64,000 nt of DNA, from contig CM000429.1 of the NCBI GenBank assembly GCA_000165345.1, positions 480,001 through 544,000 on the forward strand. The letters run 5' to 3'. Positions within the stretch are counted from its first letter, which is position 1. Each line of letters starts with the position of its first letter. Below the pieces are notes generated by a model. That model ran no database searches. It worked only from the letters and a program-made list of their open reading frames with translations, and was not told the origin of the DNA. Shown one piece after another: positions 51,942 through 63,293 of this stretch. Position numbers and translations under genes: made by a program.

Positions 51942-54900
51942 ATGAGTAACCTCGAAAAATTAGTTATTTGTGGGGTGAGAAGCTTTTCACCTGACCGTAG
52001 GGAGGGCATTGCCTTTGAAAGTCCAATTACATTAATTGTAGGCCAAAATGGATCGGGTAAAACAACAATAATAGAATGCTTAAAAGCATCTATATCTGGT
52101 GAGCTTCCTCCTAGTTCTAAGAGTGGGCAGTATTTCATTCACGATCCTAAATTGAATGGATCTGCTGAGGTTAGGGCTCAAATAAGATTAATTTTTAGAG
52201 AGTATCAAAATAAAAAAAAGATTCAAATAGTTAGATCATTTCAGCTATCCCATATTAAGACTAGGAAGGCTGATTTAAAATCTACTGGGGATTTAAAGCC
52301 TCAATTTAGAGTTTTAGAAAGTGTTTTACAGACTAAAGATGAAGAATCTGGGCAAGTGACCAGTATAAGTCATAAATGTGCAGATATAAATGCTCAAGTT
52401 CCTATTTTATTTGGGGTTTCTAATTCGATAATTGAAAATGTACTATTTTGTCATCAAGAGGATTCAAACTGGCCATTACAAGATATGGCTAAAGTTAAAA
52501 AAAAATTTGATGAATTATTTGGATCCACAAGATATAGCAAAGCTTTGGAATTAATTACAAAGTTGAAGGGTGAATATAATAAGAAAATTAAGGAGAAAGC
52601 TTTATTTAACGAGAACTTAAAACAGAAAATCGACTTTTTGAAAGGAATAATAAATAAAAAAAATCAATGTTTACTTAGAAAAGCTGAGATAAATAAGGAA
52701 ATGCAGGTTTTAGCCACTAAATTAGATTCACATTTGAATATGAAGCAAGAATTGATGAAAAATGTAGATATGTTAGATAAGCTTCAGTCTGAGCTTATTT
52801 TTGAAATGTCATTATTTGATACACACGTAAAGGAGATAAAAGAAATGGAAAACGTTTTATTAAAATCAAATTATAATCAATTAGAAGATGAATTAGAAAT
52901 TAATTCACTCTTGCATAATGAATTCGAAGAAATTCAAAATCTGAATTCTAAACTTAAAAACTTGCAAAACCAAACAAATCACATCAAAAATAATCTAGAA
53001 AATTTTGGAGTAAACAGCTCAGCAGATGAGTTTGCTCAACGAAAAAATGAGGTTCTTAGAAAAATTGCTGAAATAAAAAAATTAACAGCCTCGAAAGAAA
53101 TATTATTGTTTTTAGAAAATTCTTTGGTTGCTTTAAATGAACAGCTAACTAATTATAAGGATTTGAATTGGGAATCAGTACAAAAAACCATTTCTATACT
53201 AGAAGTTAACAAGACTGAAATAGATTCTTCATTAGTTAATTTAAAAGCAGAATTAAACTTCAAGATAGAAGAAAAGAAAAAATTATTCGACTCTATTAAT
53301 AATAAAAGAGAAGAGCAAATGAAATTGCAAAAAGATTTTGATAAGATTTGTGAGAAAATTAAAGAGAAAACGCATATAGATAATGAGATAAATTGTTTAA
53401 AATCAAAAATCCAGGAAAATACAGATATTTATACTAATGAAAAGTTATTCAATGTGAATTATTTGAATAACGCATATAATTGTACATATGATCTGGGAAA
53501 AATTAATGGCGAACTGACTATTTTGGAGCGTATAAAGAGTTCTAATATATTTAATATTACTCATTTTGAATATGATGAAAGCGCTGGAAGCTTTAGTGAG
53601 ATGATTGAACGAAGGGAAACTGAGTATCAATGTAAAAAAATTGAAACTTTGAACATCTGGAAGGAACTAGAACAGATCGTAGGAGATTTTGGGACTAAAG
53701 ATAACACTTCAATGTTAGATTTCCAATGCAAATTACTATTGGAAAAACTCGAAAGTTTCCCATTAGATATGGAAAATCGGCAAATAGAATTAAAAAGCTC
53801 ACTTAGTCAAATTGAGATAGAGATATTAATAATTGACGAAAATATTCAACGCCTTGAATTTGAAATTCAAGAAGTAACAAATAAAATCCAATTTGCCAAC
53901 TTGGAAATTAAAAATCTGGAAATTGAGCACTGCAAAAGGAAAGATTTTTTGAAGAATTCTATTGAAGAGTTAGAACAAGATTTCGAATTTCTCTTTCGAA
54001 ATAGGTAAGTTTCTCGCACTAATCAAAGAAAAAACAACGCTTTATAGAAAAATGTTTGATATATCTAATCAAGATGTTTCAAATAAGACCCTTATTCAAT
54101 CTCTTTTATCAATTCGAGAAGAAGAGGCTAATCTTAATACTAAGATCGTTAAATCGAATCAAATTATTGAGGAATTGAATAACGTGATAAAATTGATGAA
54201 TAAGCGGAAACAACTTGAATCATCTAAAAAAAATATTAATATACTTAATCATAATATTTATTCCCTACTAGGAATAAATAAGCTAGAGTGTTTGACAGAA
54301 ACTGACTTTGGCCATAATAAAAGTTTTATTCAAGAATTATACCTTAAAAAAAAAAATGAATTGGATGTTCTTCAAATAGCAATCGAGAAAATACGATGTG
54401 AAATATCAAAACTGACAGGCGAATTTAAGTCCAATGAAAACTGGCTGGAAAAGTTCACATGTGACTCAAAAGGCTATTCTTCTATAGAGGAGTTGTCTGA
54501 AAAGTACCTAAGTGGAGTTTTTGAACAACAGACAATGAGTTTGTGTGTTAAAGATTTGGAGAAGTACCATAAATCTCTTCAGAAAGCACTAATGAAGTTT
54601 CACATAGATAAAATGACGGAAATTAATAGAACTATAAAGGAGTTATGGAACATTACTTATAAAGGTCATGATATTGACTATATCGCAATAAGGAGCGATG
54701 CAGAGGATAATGAAGAAAATTTCACTGTGGAAAAAAAATCATCGCGAACTCCTTCCGGAACTAAGTCGTTTAATTATAGAGTAGTAATGATACAAAATGG
54801 TGTAGAACTTGACATGAAAGGTAGGATTTAAACAAAACGCGCAAATTTATTGGATAATTCTTTTTTTTTAGGAAGATGCTCTGCCGGTCAAAGAGTGCTT

Positions 54901-55243
54901 GCGTGCATAATAATTAGACTTGCGCTAGCAGAGTCGTTCTGCGTTAACTGTGGAATTCTAGCACTTGATGAGCCTACGACAAACTTAGATAGGTTTAATA
55001 TTAAGGGCTTAGCAGAGGCATTATCATATTTGATCAAATTCAGAAAGCAACAAAAAAATTTCCAGGTAAGTACAAAAAACAAGTTGAGAAATACGTTCAT
55101 GCTTTTAGTTAATAATAATTACACATGATGAAAATTTTGTAAGAGTTATGGCCCAAGCACAGCAGTGTGATCACTTTTTTCATGTATCAAAAGATGAACA
55201 AGGATATTCAACAATTAGGCAAGTAGACTTTCATGGATATTAG
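51942..55243 (+). CDS. RAD50: Rad50 DNA repair ATPase, four exons
   Basis: N-terminal Walker [19 protein letters not shown], with QIRL and [11 protein letters not shown] blocks. C-terminal signature [20 protein letters not shown]-loop [12 protein letters not shown] and H-loop ITHDE. Exons are ~51942-54004, 54048-54820, 54872-55065 and 55109-55243. Donors are GTAAGT, GTAGGA and GTAAGT, all with AG acceptors, and the reading phases check out. Confidence 0.85.
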
Positions 55244-55342
55244 ACTAGAATTATTGTTAGACTTGGAAAAAAAATGTCTAGAGCGCGAATAATTTTACCC
55301 CAAATATTTAAATAAGATAAAAAGCTAATTATCGTATGATAC

Positions 55343-56512
55343 ATGAGCAATCTATCTGATTATGCGAAATATATTTTAAATGGGGAGTTAGTTGCAATAC
55401 CGACTGAAACTGTGTATGGGTTGGGTGGAAATGCTTACGACAGATCCTCTATATTAAAAATTTTCAAGATAAAAGGAAGGCCAATAAACAATCCTTTGAT
55501 ATGCCATGTACACAGCTTCAAGTTTGCAGAAGATAATGTTTTTGAGTTGTCTGAAAGGACAAGAGTCATATATAAAATTTTGACTGATAAGTTTTGGCCA
55601 GGTCCATTAACAGTAATTTCTAAGAAGAGACATAATATTGTAGATGAAGTTTCAGTCTCAGGTAAAGTTGGAGTTAGATGCCCCAACAATCAATTGACGT
55701 TAGACCTGCTTAAGCTGTCATCCGTCCCTATTGCTGCCCCTTCAGCAAATCGGTCAGGCCATATAAGTCCCACTACTCCCCTGCATGTATCAAAGGAATT
55801 TGATCAAAGTTATATGAATGAGGTAGGAATAAAAGTTTGGATTTTGGATGGAGGTGAATGTTGTAGCGTAGGAGTAGAATCAACTGTTTTAGAGTATTAT
55901 GAAGATGGCAATTTTATTTCTATTTTTAGATGCGGTAAAGTTACTAAAAAGCAAATATGGGAAACTTTGATCGATAACTGTAGAAATAATGAATGGATCA
56001 AAGAAATTAAAATATCATATTTTGGTAGCAATAACTCATCACCGAATAGAAACTACTTATCTCTTCACGATACAGTCGCAATTAGTCCTGGAATGGACAT
56101 TAAACACTACTCGCCAACTATTTGTACTAAATTAATATCATTTATTTCAGATACTAATAAATATACAGGTATAAATGTTGATTTAAGAAACATAATATTG
56201 ATTGATATTGGATCAAAGCTTTCATTTCTTAGGTGTTATGTCCGTCATTATTTTTCTTTGTGTGACGATTACGATTTTTCATTAGCATGTAAAAACTTAT
56301 TTGCAACTTTACATCAAGCAGAGGATTTTGCTAATAGCCTCGATGATCTTTCTTCCGTCTATATTTTCATTACTGGATTTGAGACGGAAGATAATATTTC
56401 ATTGGCTCTTTGGGATAGAGTCTATAGAGCTTCATCTGGAGAGTTGATTTATTGCAATTTGAACGAAATAAAGATTCAACATAAATACATTAAAAGATTT
56501 TACAAAGTATAA
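55343..56512 (+). CDS. SUA5: Sua5/YrdC threonylcarbamoyl-AMP synthase (tRNA t6A pathway)
   Basis: YrdC fold motifs (LVAIPTETVYGLGGNAYD, WPGPLTVI, RCPN, APSANRSGHISPTT) plus a Sua5-type C-terminal domain. True ATG start. Confidence 0.8.
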   Translation: MSNLSDYAKYILNGELVAIPTETVYGLGGNAYDRSSILKIFKIKGRPINNPLICHVHSFKFAEDNVFELSERTRVIYKILTDKFWPGPLTVISKKRHNIVDEVSVSGKVGVRCPNNQLTLDLLKLSSVPIAAPSANRSGHISPTTPLHVSKEFDQSYMNEVGIKVWILDGGECCSVGVESTVLEYYEDGNFISIFRCGKVTKKQIWETLIDNCRNNEWIKEIKISYFGSNNSSPNRNYLSLHDTVAISPGMDIKHYSPTICTKLISFISDTNKYTGINVDLRNIILIDIGSKLSFLRCYVRHYFSLCDDYDFSLACKNLFATLHQAEDFANSLDDLSSVYIFITGFETEDNISLALWDRVYRASSGELIYCNLNEIKIQHKYIKRFYKV

Positions 56513-56724
56513 TACTAAAAGGTAATAGTTTTTAGTGGATATTAGCTTAGGATTATTTCTATGTGCGTAACATAATTGCCCACCCATACAATATATTTTA
56601 TATAATTTTAATCGAAATACTTGCTATCGTCTAATTTGTTACTTTCAATCTCTTTGTTTTGCCGTTACCGCCGATTTGAGTATAATATTCTAACAAAAAA
56701 ATTTAGTTGATATAATAAATAAGG

Positions 56725-58015
56725 ATGAACCCATTTGATTTTCCTATTGTAATTGATACTGGCCAGTTTCAAACAAGAATAGGTAGTTCAATTAATAAGC
56801 TTCCTCAGATTATTATTGATACAATCTTATTTGAAAAAATTGAAGTAAAAGAAATAAATTTTGATAAAAAAATTTTTTCAGATAAACTTGGAATTAGCGA
56901 ACATTGTATTGAAACGAAGTCACTAAGTTCATCAAATAATTGGAACCCGCAAAAAAAATCACTTCTTGTGAATGACTACCAGGATATTACACATCCTTTC
57001 AATTATCTTGATGGACTTGATTGGAATTTGTTAGAAACGTTTTGGACTGACATAATTTCAAGAGAAATGTGTTATGACACCACGATGTGTCCTGTTTTGC
57101 TATCTGAACCTCACAACGCACCATTTGACTTTCAGGATCATTCGATGGAGTTTTTTTTTGAATCGCTTTCTGTGCCTTCATTCAATTGCATTTCTCAAGA
57201 ATTACTTTCGGTTGATGCAGTCCAAAGAGGGCTTCCAAATATTTTTCACAAATCAAATAGCAAGGGATCAGTTGGAATTATTGTACATTTTGGTGACTCA
57301 AGTATTAGAATACTTCCTATTGCCTCCGGATATTTATTATCGGACTATATTGGAATTATTAATTTAGGAGGGTATTCAATAACAAATTCATTATTTGATA
57401 ACTTTAAGACAAATTTTAAGTCTTCTTCTCCAATTACACACAAAAATATTGACAGCATTAAATCGTATGGCATTTTTGATGGAATCATCACAAAAATGGC
57501 TATTCCATATATTTGTGATGAGATCATCTCGGTTGCTAGAAAGTGCCCTGTCGACTATTTACGACTTCTGTTAAAAAATATAATATTTATTGGCGGATCG
57601 TCAATCAACTCTCTGCTTTCGACCTATTTCAAGAACTATTTTAAGGTACGTTTTAATTGAACCTAACTTTTGTTATCACACTACATGTGAACATGGAATT
57701 TTGTTTTCAGATTTTGCTAGAAAGAAATAACATCAGTATAGACGACATTCAAGTTATTAACTTATCTAATTCATCTAATATTGAGGAAAAGATATTGGGA
57801 AGATGTTCTACATGGCTTGGCGGTTCTTATTTTGCGAAAAATTCAGGTTTGGTGGGCCATTTCTTTAATAAAGAACAGGTATGAATATTTGAACTTGCAA
57901 CATCCACATACATTTTGACTATTTTTACACGATTTTCAATATACTGTAGTACGAAGAATATGGGTCCTGTGCAATACGTAGACTATTTGATCAGGGAGTT
58001 GTTAATACCGCCTGA
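56725..58015 (+). CDS. Divergent actin-related protein (Arp), three exons
   Basis: Actin-fold N-terminus (IVIDTGQFQTRIG). The C-terminal blocks IIFIGGSS and ILGRCSTWLGGSYFA are split by introns. Exon 1 is 56725-~57645 with a GTACGT donor, and intron 1 ends at ttttcAG (~57710). Exon 2 is ~57711-57878 with a GTATGA donor, and intron 2 ends at ctgtAG (~57949). Exon 3 is ~57950-58015 (YEEYGSCAIRRLFDQGVVNTA*). Confidence 0.55.
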
Positions 58016-58075
58016 AAAAGTTGATGTTTGCGAACTCTTTATTGCTTCTTTCTCTTCAGATAAATTTTCATATCC

Positions 58076-59461
58076 ATGACCAATTTCCTATACCCCATTT
58101 TGCTTAGTTGTATTTTAAATATTCGCCTACTTTTCTTTATTTTCACAGTTGCAAATGCAGCAAATAACAGTGATCAATGCATAAATATTCTAAATAGATG
58201 GGATTTGCGACAAGGAATGGAAAACAAATGCCCCAACTGGGTGGTTGATGTGCGTTGGATAATTTATGATGTAAAGGACGGAGAGGGATTCAATCTCCAA
58301 AGAAATGTATTTGATAGGATGGCATTAGTTGTCTCGAGTCTTAATGAAATCATGTATAAAAAAAACGAGGATAAATTTGCAGTTCTAATTCTGCCCCCAT
58401 TTTGTAATATCGCCCATTGGACTTATAATTCCAAACGAAGATTACCTTGGTCAACGTTTTTTAGCATAAAACAAAATGGATTACCAACATTGGAATATGA
58501 CATCTACAAGAGATTAACTGGTATAGTTAATATAGGTGCTGAAGTAGTCGGGCTAAACTTTGACTGGAACAACAAATCATTTCAATCAAGTACTTCAATA
58601 GAATATTATAATAGCTTTGAAATATCAGAATCAAGACATTTGAATTCAAAGTGCTTCTTTAACAATTATGTTAGAAATGGGAATGTAGTTTATGGAGGAC
58701 GTTGTGAATTAGTAAAAATTAGAAGTCTTATTTGTCTTTCTTTTTTTAAGTTAATGAGATTTAAAGAAGTCTCAGAAGAAATATATAAAATATTGGAGTC
58801 GAACAGGAAAGAAGGAAAACTTCACAATTATTTAATCAAGCATACGGAAGGAATTCTCGTTCCATGGCCTTGGGAACTAAGCAAATATAGAGTTTTGGAT
58901 GTAATTAGCTATAATAACAATATAAGAAGATATGCAAATTTATACATGTCCGCAAATACTTTTTTTGATGAAAAAAAACCTTTTATAAGTGTTCACTTAA
59001 GAAGAAATGATTTTGTATTTTTAAGAAATGATGATATACCAACATTTGATCAAGTTATTGATAGATTATTACAGCTTTCAAATGATCTTAAAACAAAACG
59101 TGTTGTAATATCCACAGACAGCAATGAATATGAAAAAAATGAATTATTGGATATTTTTTTGAAACACAATCTTGATTTACATATTATTAATATTAAGGAT
59201 CATCTTGATGATGGAATCATTTCAGCAGTAAGTCAAGTAATACTTCTGAACGGTGAATATTTTATTGGAACAAAAGAATCACGCTTTAGTTTTTCAGTTA
59301 TTTGGGACTGTATTTTATCAGTAATGAACGATTTTAAAGATGATATTTCAAGGAATTTCAACAAATGTAATGAGGTATTTTGTGGAAAAGCTAATGAGAA
59401 GAGCTCAATATGTAGGGAGCACCCAGACAGACTTCCAAAATTTAATATTGATGCCGCTTAA
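58076..59461 (+). CDS. POFUT2: GDP-fucose protein O-fucosyltransferase 2 (POFUT2, O-FucT family)
   Basis: Signal peptide. Colinear matches to POFUT2 blocks: YDVKDGEGFNLQRNVFDRMA, LILPPF..AHW, ISVHLRRNDF, VVISTDS.EYEK.EL, and the C-terminal block EYFIGTKESRFSFSV. True ATG start. Confidence 0.75.
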   Translation: MTNFLYPILLSCILNIRLLFFIFTVANAANNSDQCINILNRWDLRQGMENKCPNWVVDVRWIIYDVKDGEGFNLQRNVFDRMALVVSSLNEIMYKKNEDKFAVLILPPFCNIAHWTYNSKRRLPWSTFFSIKQNGLPTLEYDIYKRLTGIVNIGAEVVGLNFDWNNKSFQSSTSIEYYNSFEISESRHLNSKCFFNNYVRNGNVVYGGRCELVKIRSLICLSFFKLMRFKEVSEEIYKILESNRKEGKLHNYLIKHTEGILVPWPWELSKYRVLDVISYNNNIRRYANLYMSANTFFDEKKPFISVHLRRNDFVFLRNDDIPTFDQVIDRLLQLSNDLKTKRVVISTDSNEYEKNELLDIFLKHNLDLHIINIKDHLDDGIISAVSQVILLNGEYFIGTKESRFSFSVIWDCILSVMNDFKDDISRNFNKCNEVFCGKANEKSSICREHPDRLPKFNIDAA

Positions 59462-59487
59462 CTAACTATTCTAAACAAATAGATTCG

Positions 59488-62235
59488 CTAAACCATCATT
59501 CTTTTAGACCTCAAATAGCTTAAGCCAAATATAGATGAAGTAAAGATACTCATTCCAACAATCCAAGAAAATCGGCTGTTAAAATTATTAAATATTAAAT
59601 ATTTAATGTTATTTAATAAATTCTTGACCTTCGAATCTTTAGTATTTTTATATTGAATATTAGTTTCTGGTTTTGGCAAAATTTTAAGAGCGTTATTATA
59701 AATATCAACATTAATGGTGCTAGCATAATTCTCAAGCGTCATTTCTTTATATTCAGCCATACCGGGTATAATATTATTGCCATTATGCTCTTTCAACTGA
59801 TTGCTGCACTCTAAAGATCTAATATATTTTAGTGTTTTAAATAAATCAGTTTCTAAATTGTAATCCAAAAAACAAACATCAAATTCACTATTAATATTTG
59901 ATGAAGCATCAATATTTTTTACCATGTATGTATCTTGAAGGAAGTATCCATTGTTGGCGTAATATTCGCGTACCCCAACACCAGAAATAACCACAATTCG
60001 AGAAAAGCCGTGAATTAAAGCTAAGTACTCTGCTGCTCTCAACAGAGTTTTACCAAATCCTCTATGTTGTACTGCAGAATCTGTTTCTTTCTCATTATTG
60101 TAATGCGGAACAACTGTTCCATAAATATGTAGCTCTCTAATTAATGCTGAATCTTTCAAAACTGGAAACTTTTCTAAAATTTCCTCACTGTCTTCAATGA
60201 ATTCGTCCATGTTGTACTCGCTATGTATGTCAGATTCATGTTTACTTCCTGAACTTGACTGGTTTTGAGCTACTACTTCTTCATCTTTGAATCTAACTCT
60301 CAAACGAATAAATCCGTAAAGATCCAGTTCATCCTTTGATTCAACAGAAATAAAAAATTCAGCCCCCCCAAAGCTATTATATTTTCTTATTCTTAACACA
60401 ATTTGAATATCCCTATCCTTCGTATTTAAACCGTTATCTTTATTTTTGGTGTGCTTCTTAGCTTTCTTATTTTTTTTATTTTTTAGTTTATTACCGTTTT
60501 CTTCCTTGTCATTAAAGCTTCCATTTGAATTTGCATTTAATTGATTTAGTTGTTTGTTGCTAATGTGCTTATCTTTGATCTCTCTGCATCTTAGGCATCT
60601 GCAATTTAAGTCTAAAGCTTTCATCTTATCATGAATCATTTGCCTTAAATTCGTACAGCTATTACCTGCAATAATGCTTTGGTTAGGTATATCCCTAATG
60701 ACTCTATTGACTCTAATCCAGGGATGAAGACCAACTTTACAAGATAATAACAAATAGCAAAGTGTATCTGGAAAAATTTCTGCGTATGGAAGGTAGGCCT
60801 TATTTTCGTACCATTCTTCTATTTTAGAAAATGGTACAACTTCGCATGGGTAAAGCTTCCATTGATCACATTGAAGTTTTGGGTCGCTTAATACATTAGA
60901 AAGCATCAAATAGTCATTGACAACTCCTAAAGTTTGTGCGTTATCAAATCCTATATATGCCTGCAAGTCTTTAAGCAAAGTGATTCTTTTTGATAATATA
61001 TGGCTTTCATCTGGAGCCAAATTAAATTCATTAGTACTTGTATGATCGTAAGGATTCGGTAAATCTGGCATTAAGTGAATATCAACTTTGTATCCAGTAT
61101 CTTTAAGCAGTCTAATTGATTTTACAATTTGACGCATATAGCAGCCTCTGTTTATGAGTTTTAAGACCCAATAGTCAGTATGTTGAATTCCTAGTTGTAC
61201 CCTAGTGCATCCAAATTCCCGTAACTGAAGTATTTCATCTAGAGTAATATAATCCGGCCTTGTTTCTAATGTTAAACCAATTATTCTGCATTCTGCAGTT
61301 TGATTTAACTCAACTTCTTCAGAAAGAGGTAGTTTTTCTCTATCTATATAGTCCCTGTTATCATAAATATTATTTTTATTTGTGAAAGTATTTGCAGCAT
61401 AATAAATGTCACGAATAAAAGCGTTTTGATACTCTTTGGGATATCCACTCCAAGTCCCACCTAGTACTAATACTTCAATTTTATCTATAATATGTCCATT
61501 GTTTTTAAGTGTAATTGATCGATCTCTAAACTGCTTTATAGCATCGAACGAATTTTGATTAGCTCTCAATACTGCTGGTTCTGTAGAAAGATAGCTTCTA
61601 GGTTGTCCAGGTTCATTTGGGCAATAGTGGCAATCATGTTTGCAAGAGAATGCGCCGGGTGAAGTTAATATTGTGATAACTATTACCCCTGACTGACTTC
61701 TAACAGCTTTCTTTGAAAGCAAAGCTTTTTCTAAGTTACTTCCAACCTGAGGTTGATTATTTTTTGAACTATATTCCTGAAATAACATACTAATGTTATC
61801 GCTTGAAAGCTCTATTCCTTTTTGAGAAACTAATTCTTCATATACTCTTATAATTTGAGCCTTGCTTGGTGCAACTTTATGACGTCTCCTAAGTATATTT
61901 ATCACATGTTCATATTCCTCCTTTGTCTTTGGTGATAATAAAATTAAGTCATGTATGAAAGAACTCAATGATTTGACTTCAAGTTCTTCATCATTCTTTT
62001 GACGTTTCTCATAATTAGACCACTCTGCAGAGCTCTTGTAATAGCTCTCTAGATGCCTCCTTCTATGCTCGTTCAACAAATCTTCTCTTCTTAACTGTTT
62101 AATTTCGCCTGCATTAACTGGAAAATCATCTCTAAATGCAGGTATTGAGCTATTCACTTCCTCAAAAGTTAGAGCTGAATTCGTATTTACACCCCCTTGA
62201 GATAAGCTATCATCCTGCGTTTTAATTTTTTGCAT
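59488..62235 (-). CDS. ELP3: Elongator subunit Elp3 (radical-SAM + GNAT acetyltransferase) with N-terminal extension, internal insertion and a C-terminal transmembrane tail
   Basis: Radical SAM CxxxCxxC (FSCKHDCHYCPNEPGQPRSYLSTEP). The Elp3 core blocks are present. A GNAT motif follows (HRGFGKTLLRAAEYLA). The protein then has a ~150-aa extension ending in the hydrophobic helix FSWIVGMSIFTSSIFGLSYL-RSKRMMV. The track start is a TTG, and the first ATG lies ~10 codons in. Confidence 0.8.
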   Translation of the reverse strand: MQKIKTQDDSLSQGGVNTNSALTFEEVNSSIPAFRDDFPVNAGEIKQLRREDLLNEHRRRHLESYYKSSAEWSNYEKRQKNDEELEVKSLSSFIHDLILLSPKTKEEYEHVINILRRRHKVAPSKAQIIRVYEELVSQKGIELSSDNISMLFQEYSSKNNQPQVGSNLEKALLSKKAVRSQSGVIVITILTSPGAFSCKHDCHYCPNEPGQPRSYLSTEPAVLRANQNSFDAIKQFRDRSITLKNNGHIIDKIEVLVLGGTWSGYPKEYQNAFIRDIYYAANTFTNKNNIYDNRDYIDREKLPLSEEVELNQTAECRIIGLTLETRPDYITLDEILQLREFGCTRVQLGIQHTDYWVLKLINRGCYMRQIVKSIRLLKDTGYKVDIHLMPDLPNPYDHTSTNEFNLAPDESHILSKRITLLKDLQAYIGFDNAQTLGVVNDYLMLSNVLSDPKLQCDQWKLYPCEVVPFSKIEEWYENKAYLPYAEIFPDTLCYLLLSCKVGLHPWIRVNRVIRDIPNQSIIAGNSCTNLRQMIHDKMKALDLNCRCLRCREIKDKHISNKQLNQLNANSNGSFNDKEENGNKLKNKKNKKAKKHTKNKDNGLNTKDRDIQIVLRIRKYNSFGGAEFFISVESKDELDLYGFIRLRVRFKDEEVVAQNQSSSGSKHESDIHSEYNMDEFIEDSEEILEKFPVLKDSALIRELHIYGTVVPHYNNEKETDSAVQHRGFGKTLLRAAEYLALIHGFSRIVVISGVGVREYYANNGYFLQDTYMVKNIDASSNINSEFDVCFLDYNLETDLFKTLKYIRSLECSNQLKEHNGNNIIPGMAEYKEMTLENYASTINVDIYNNALKILPKPETNIQYKNTKDSKVKNLLNNIKYLIFNNFNSRFSWIVGMSIFTSSIFGLSYLRSKRMMV

Positions 62236-63293
62236 TATATGAGACAATTTAGCGATTATTTTCAAATCCCTAATTTCTTTTTAGACCCAATACATCAACT
62301 TTATTAAAAAAACAAAAAGTTAGAAAAAATTAAATGAGAATAGTAAATGGCACTAGTCTGAAAAATTTAACGATCTTAATAACTGAAAGTAATTTCTTTT
62401 ATTCAGAAGTATGGAAAAATATTGCTTTTGACTAAATGTTAATCAAATTTGAATAAAGTTGACATTAAATTTTATCGGCGCTGAGAACTAACTAGTCAGG
62501 CGCTCTATTTTGAAATTTTTGTGTGGTAATTAATTTGAGGCGAACGAATAAATTGAATATGAAACATACTAAAAGTTATTTTTGAAGTAGCAAGATATTT
62601 TGTTAGAATAAGGTCGTGAAACTGAGTTGTTGTACAATATGTAAGAACAATACATTAAACTTCGTTGTTTTAAAATAAGTAATGCATAAAATAGCACTTT
62701 GACTGTCGTAGATAGATCCCGCCTATAGACAGAGATGTGAAGGATTAATACGAGTAAAGATAAAAGGGGGAAAAAAAATTAAATGAGGAAATAATTGATT
62801 AATTTGGTTCCGATAATAAAGAGTAAATTTTGTATTGGACAAACCTTAAATTTTTTCACAAGTGATGATAAGTCAATCACCATAGATTAGGAAATTAAGC
62901 AACTTGTTTTAGTTATTAATTTATTTTGGTTATAACTTTGAATTTAATACTTTTCATTGGATATCTTTAAATAATAAAAATTGGAATTATGTGATATCTA
63001 TTCAAGTTTGTATTTATAATAACAAACTTGCTTATCTAAATCAACGCATAGAAATAGTTTGATTTATTAACGTGAATATCTTTCATTTCATTATTAATTT
63101 CAAGTATATTTATTTTGTAATAATTCAAGATTTATAGTGGCAATATCATTACAAGCGCAAGTTTATGATTGAATTTATATGCTTTCACAAATAAATGTAT
63201 TTACAGCAAGAATAACACAAATCAAATACGTATTCGTTAGTTTATACAATTAAATATTGTTTAATCACTTTGCAAAATTTATATATTATTACA

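Noticed and set aside
62480-62512. Possible tRNA or hairpin at ggcgctga...tcaggcgct
   Set aside because: The inverted repeat is imperfect and there is no T-loop (GTTCGAATC-like) or D-loop consensus nearby. It is not a tRNA.
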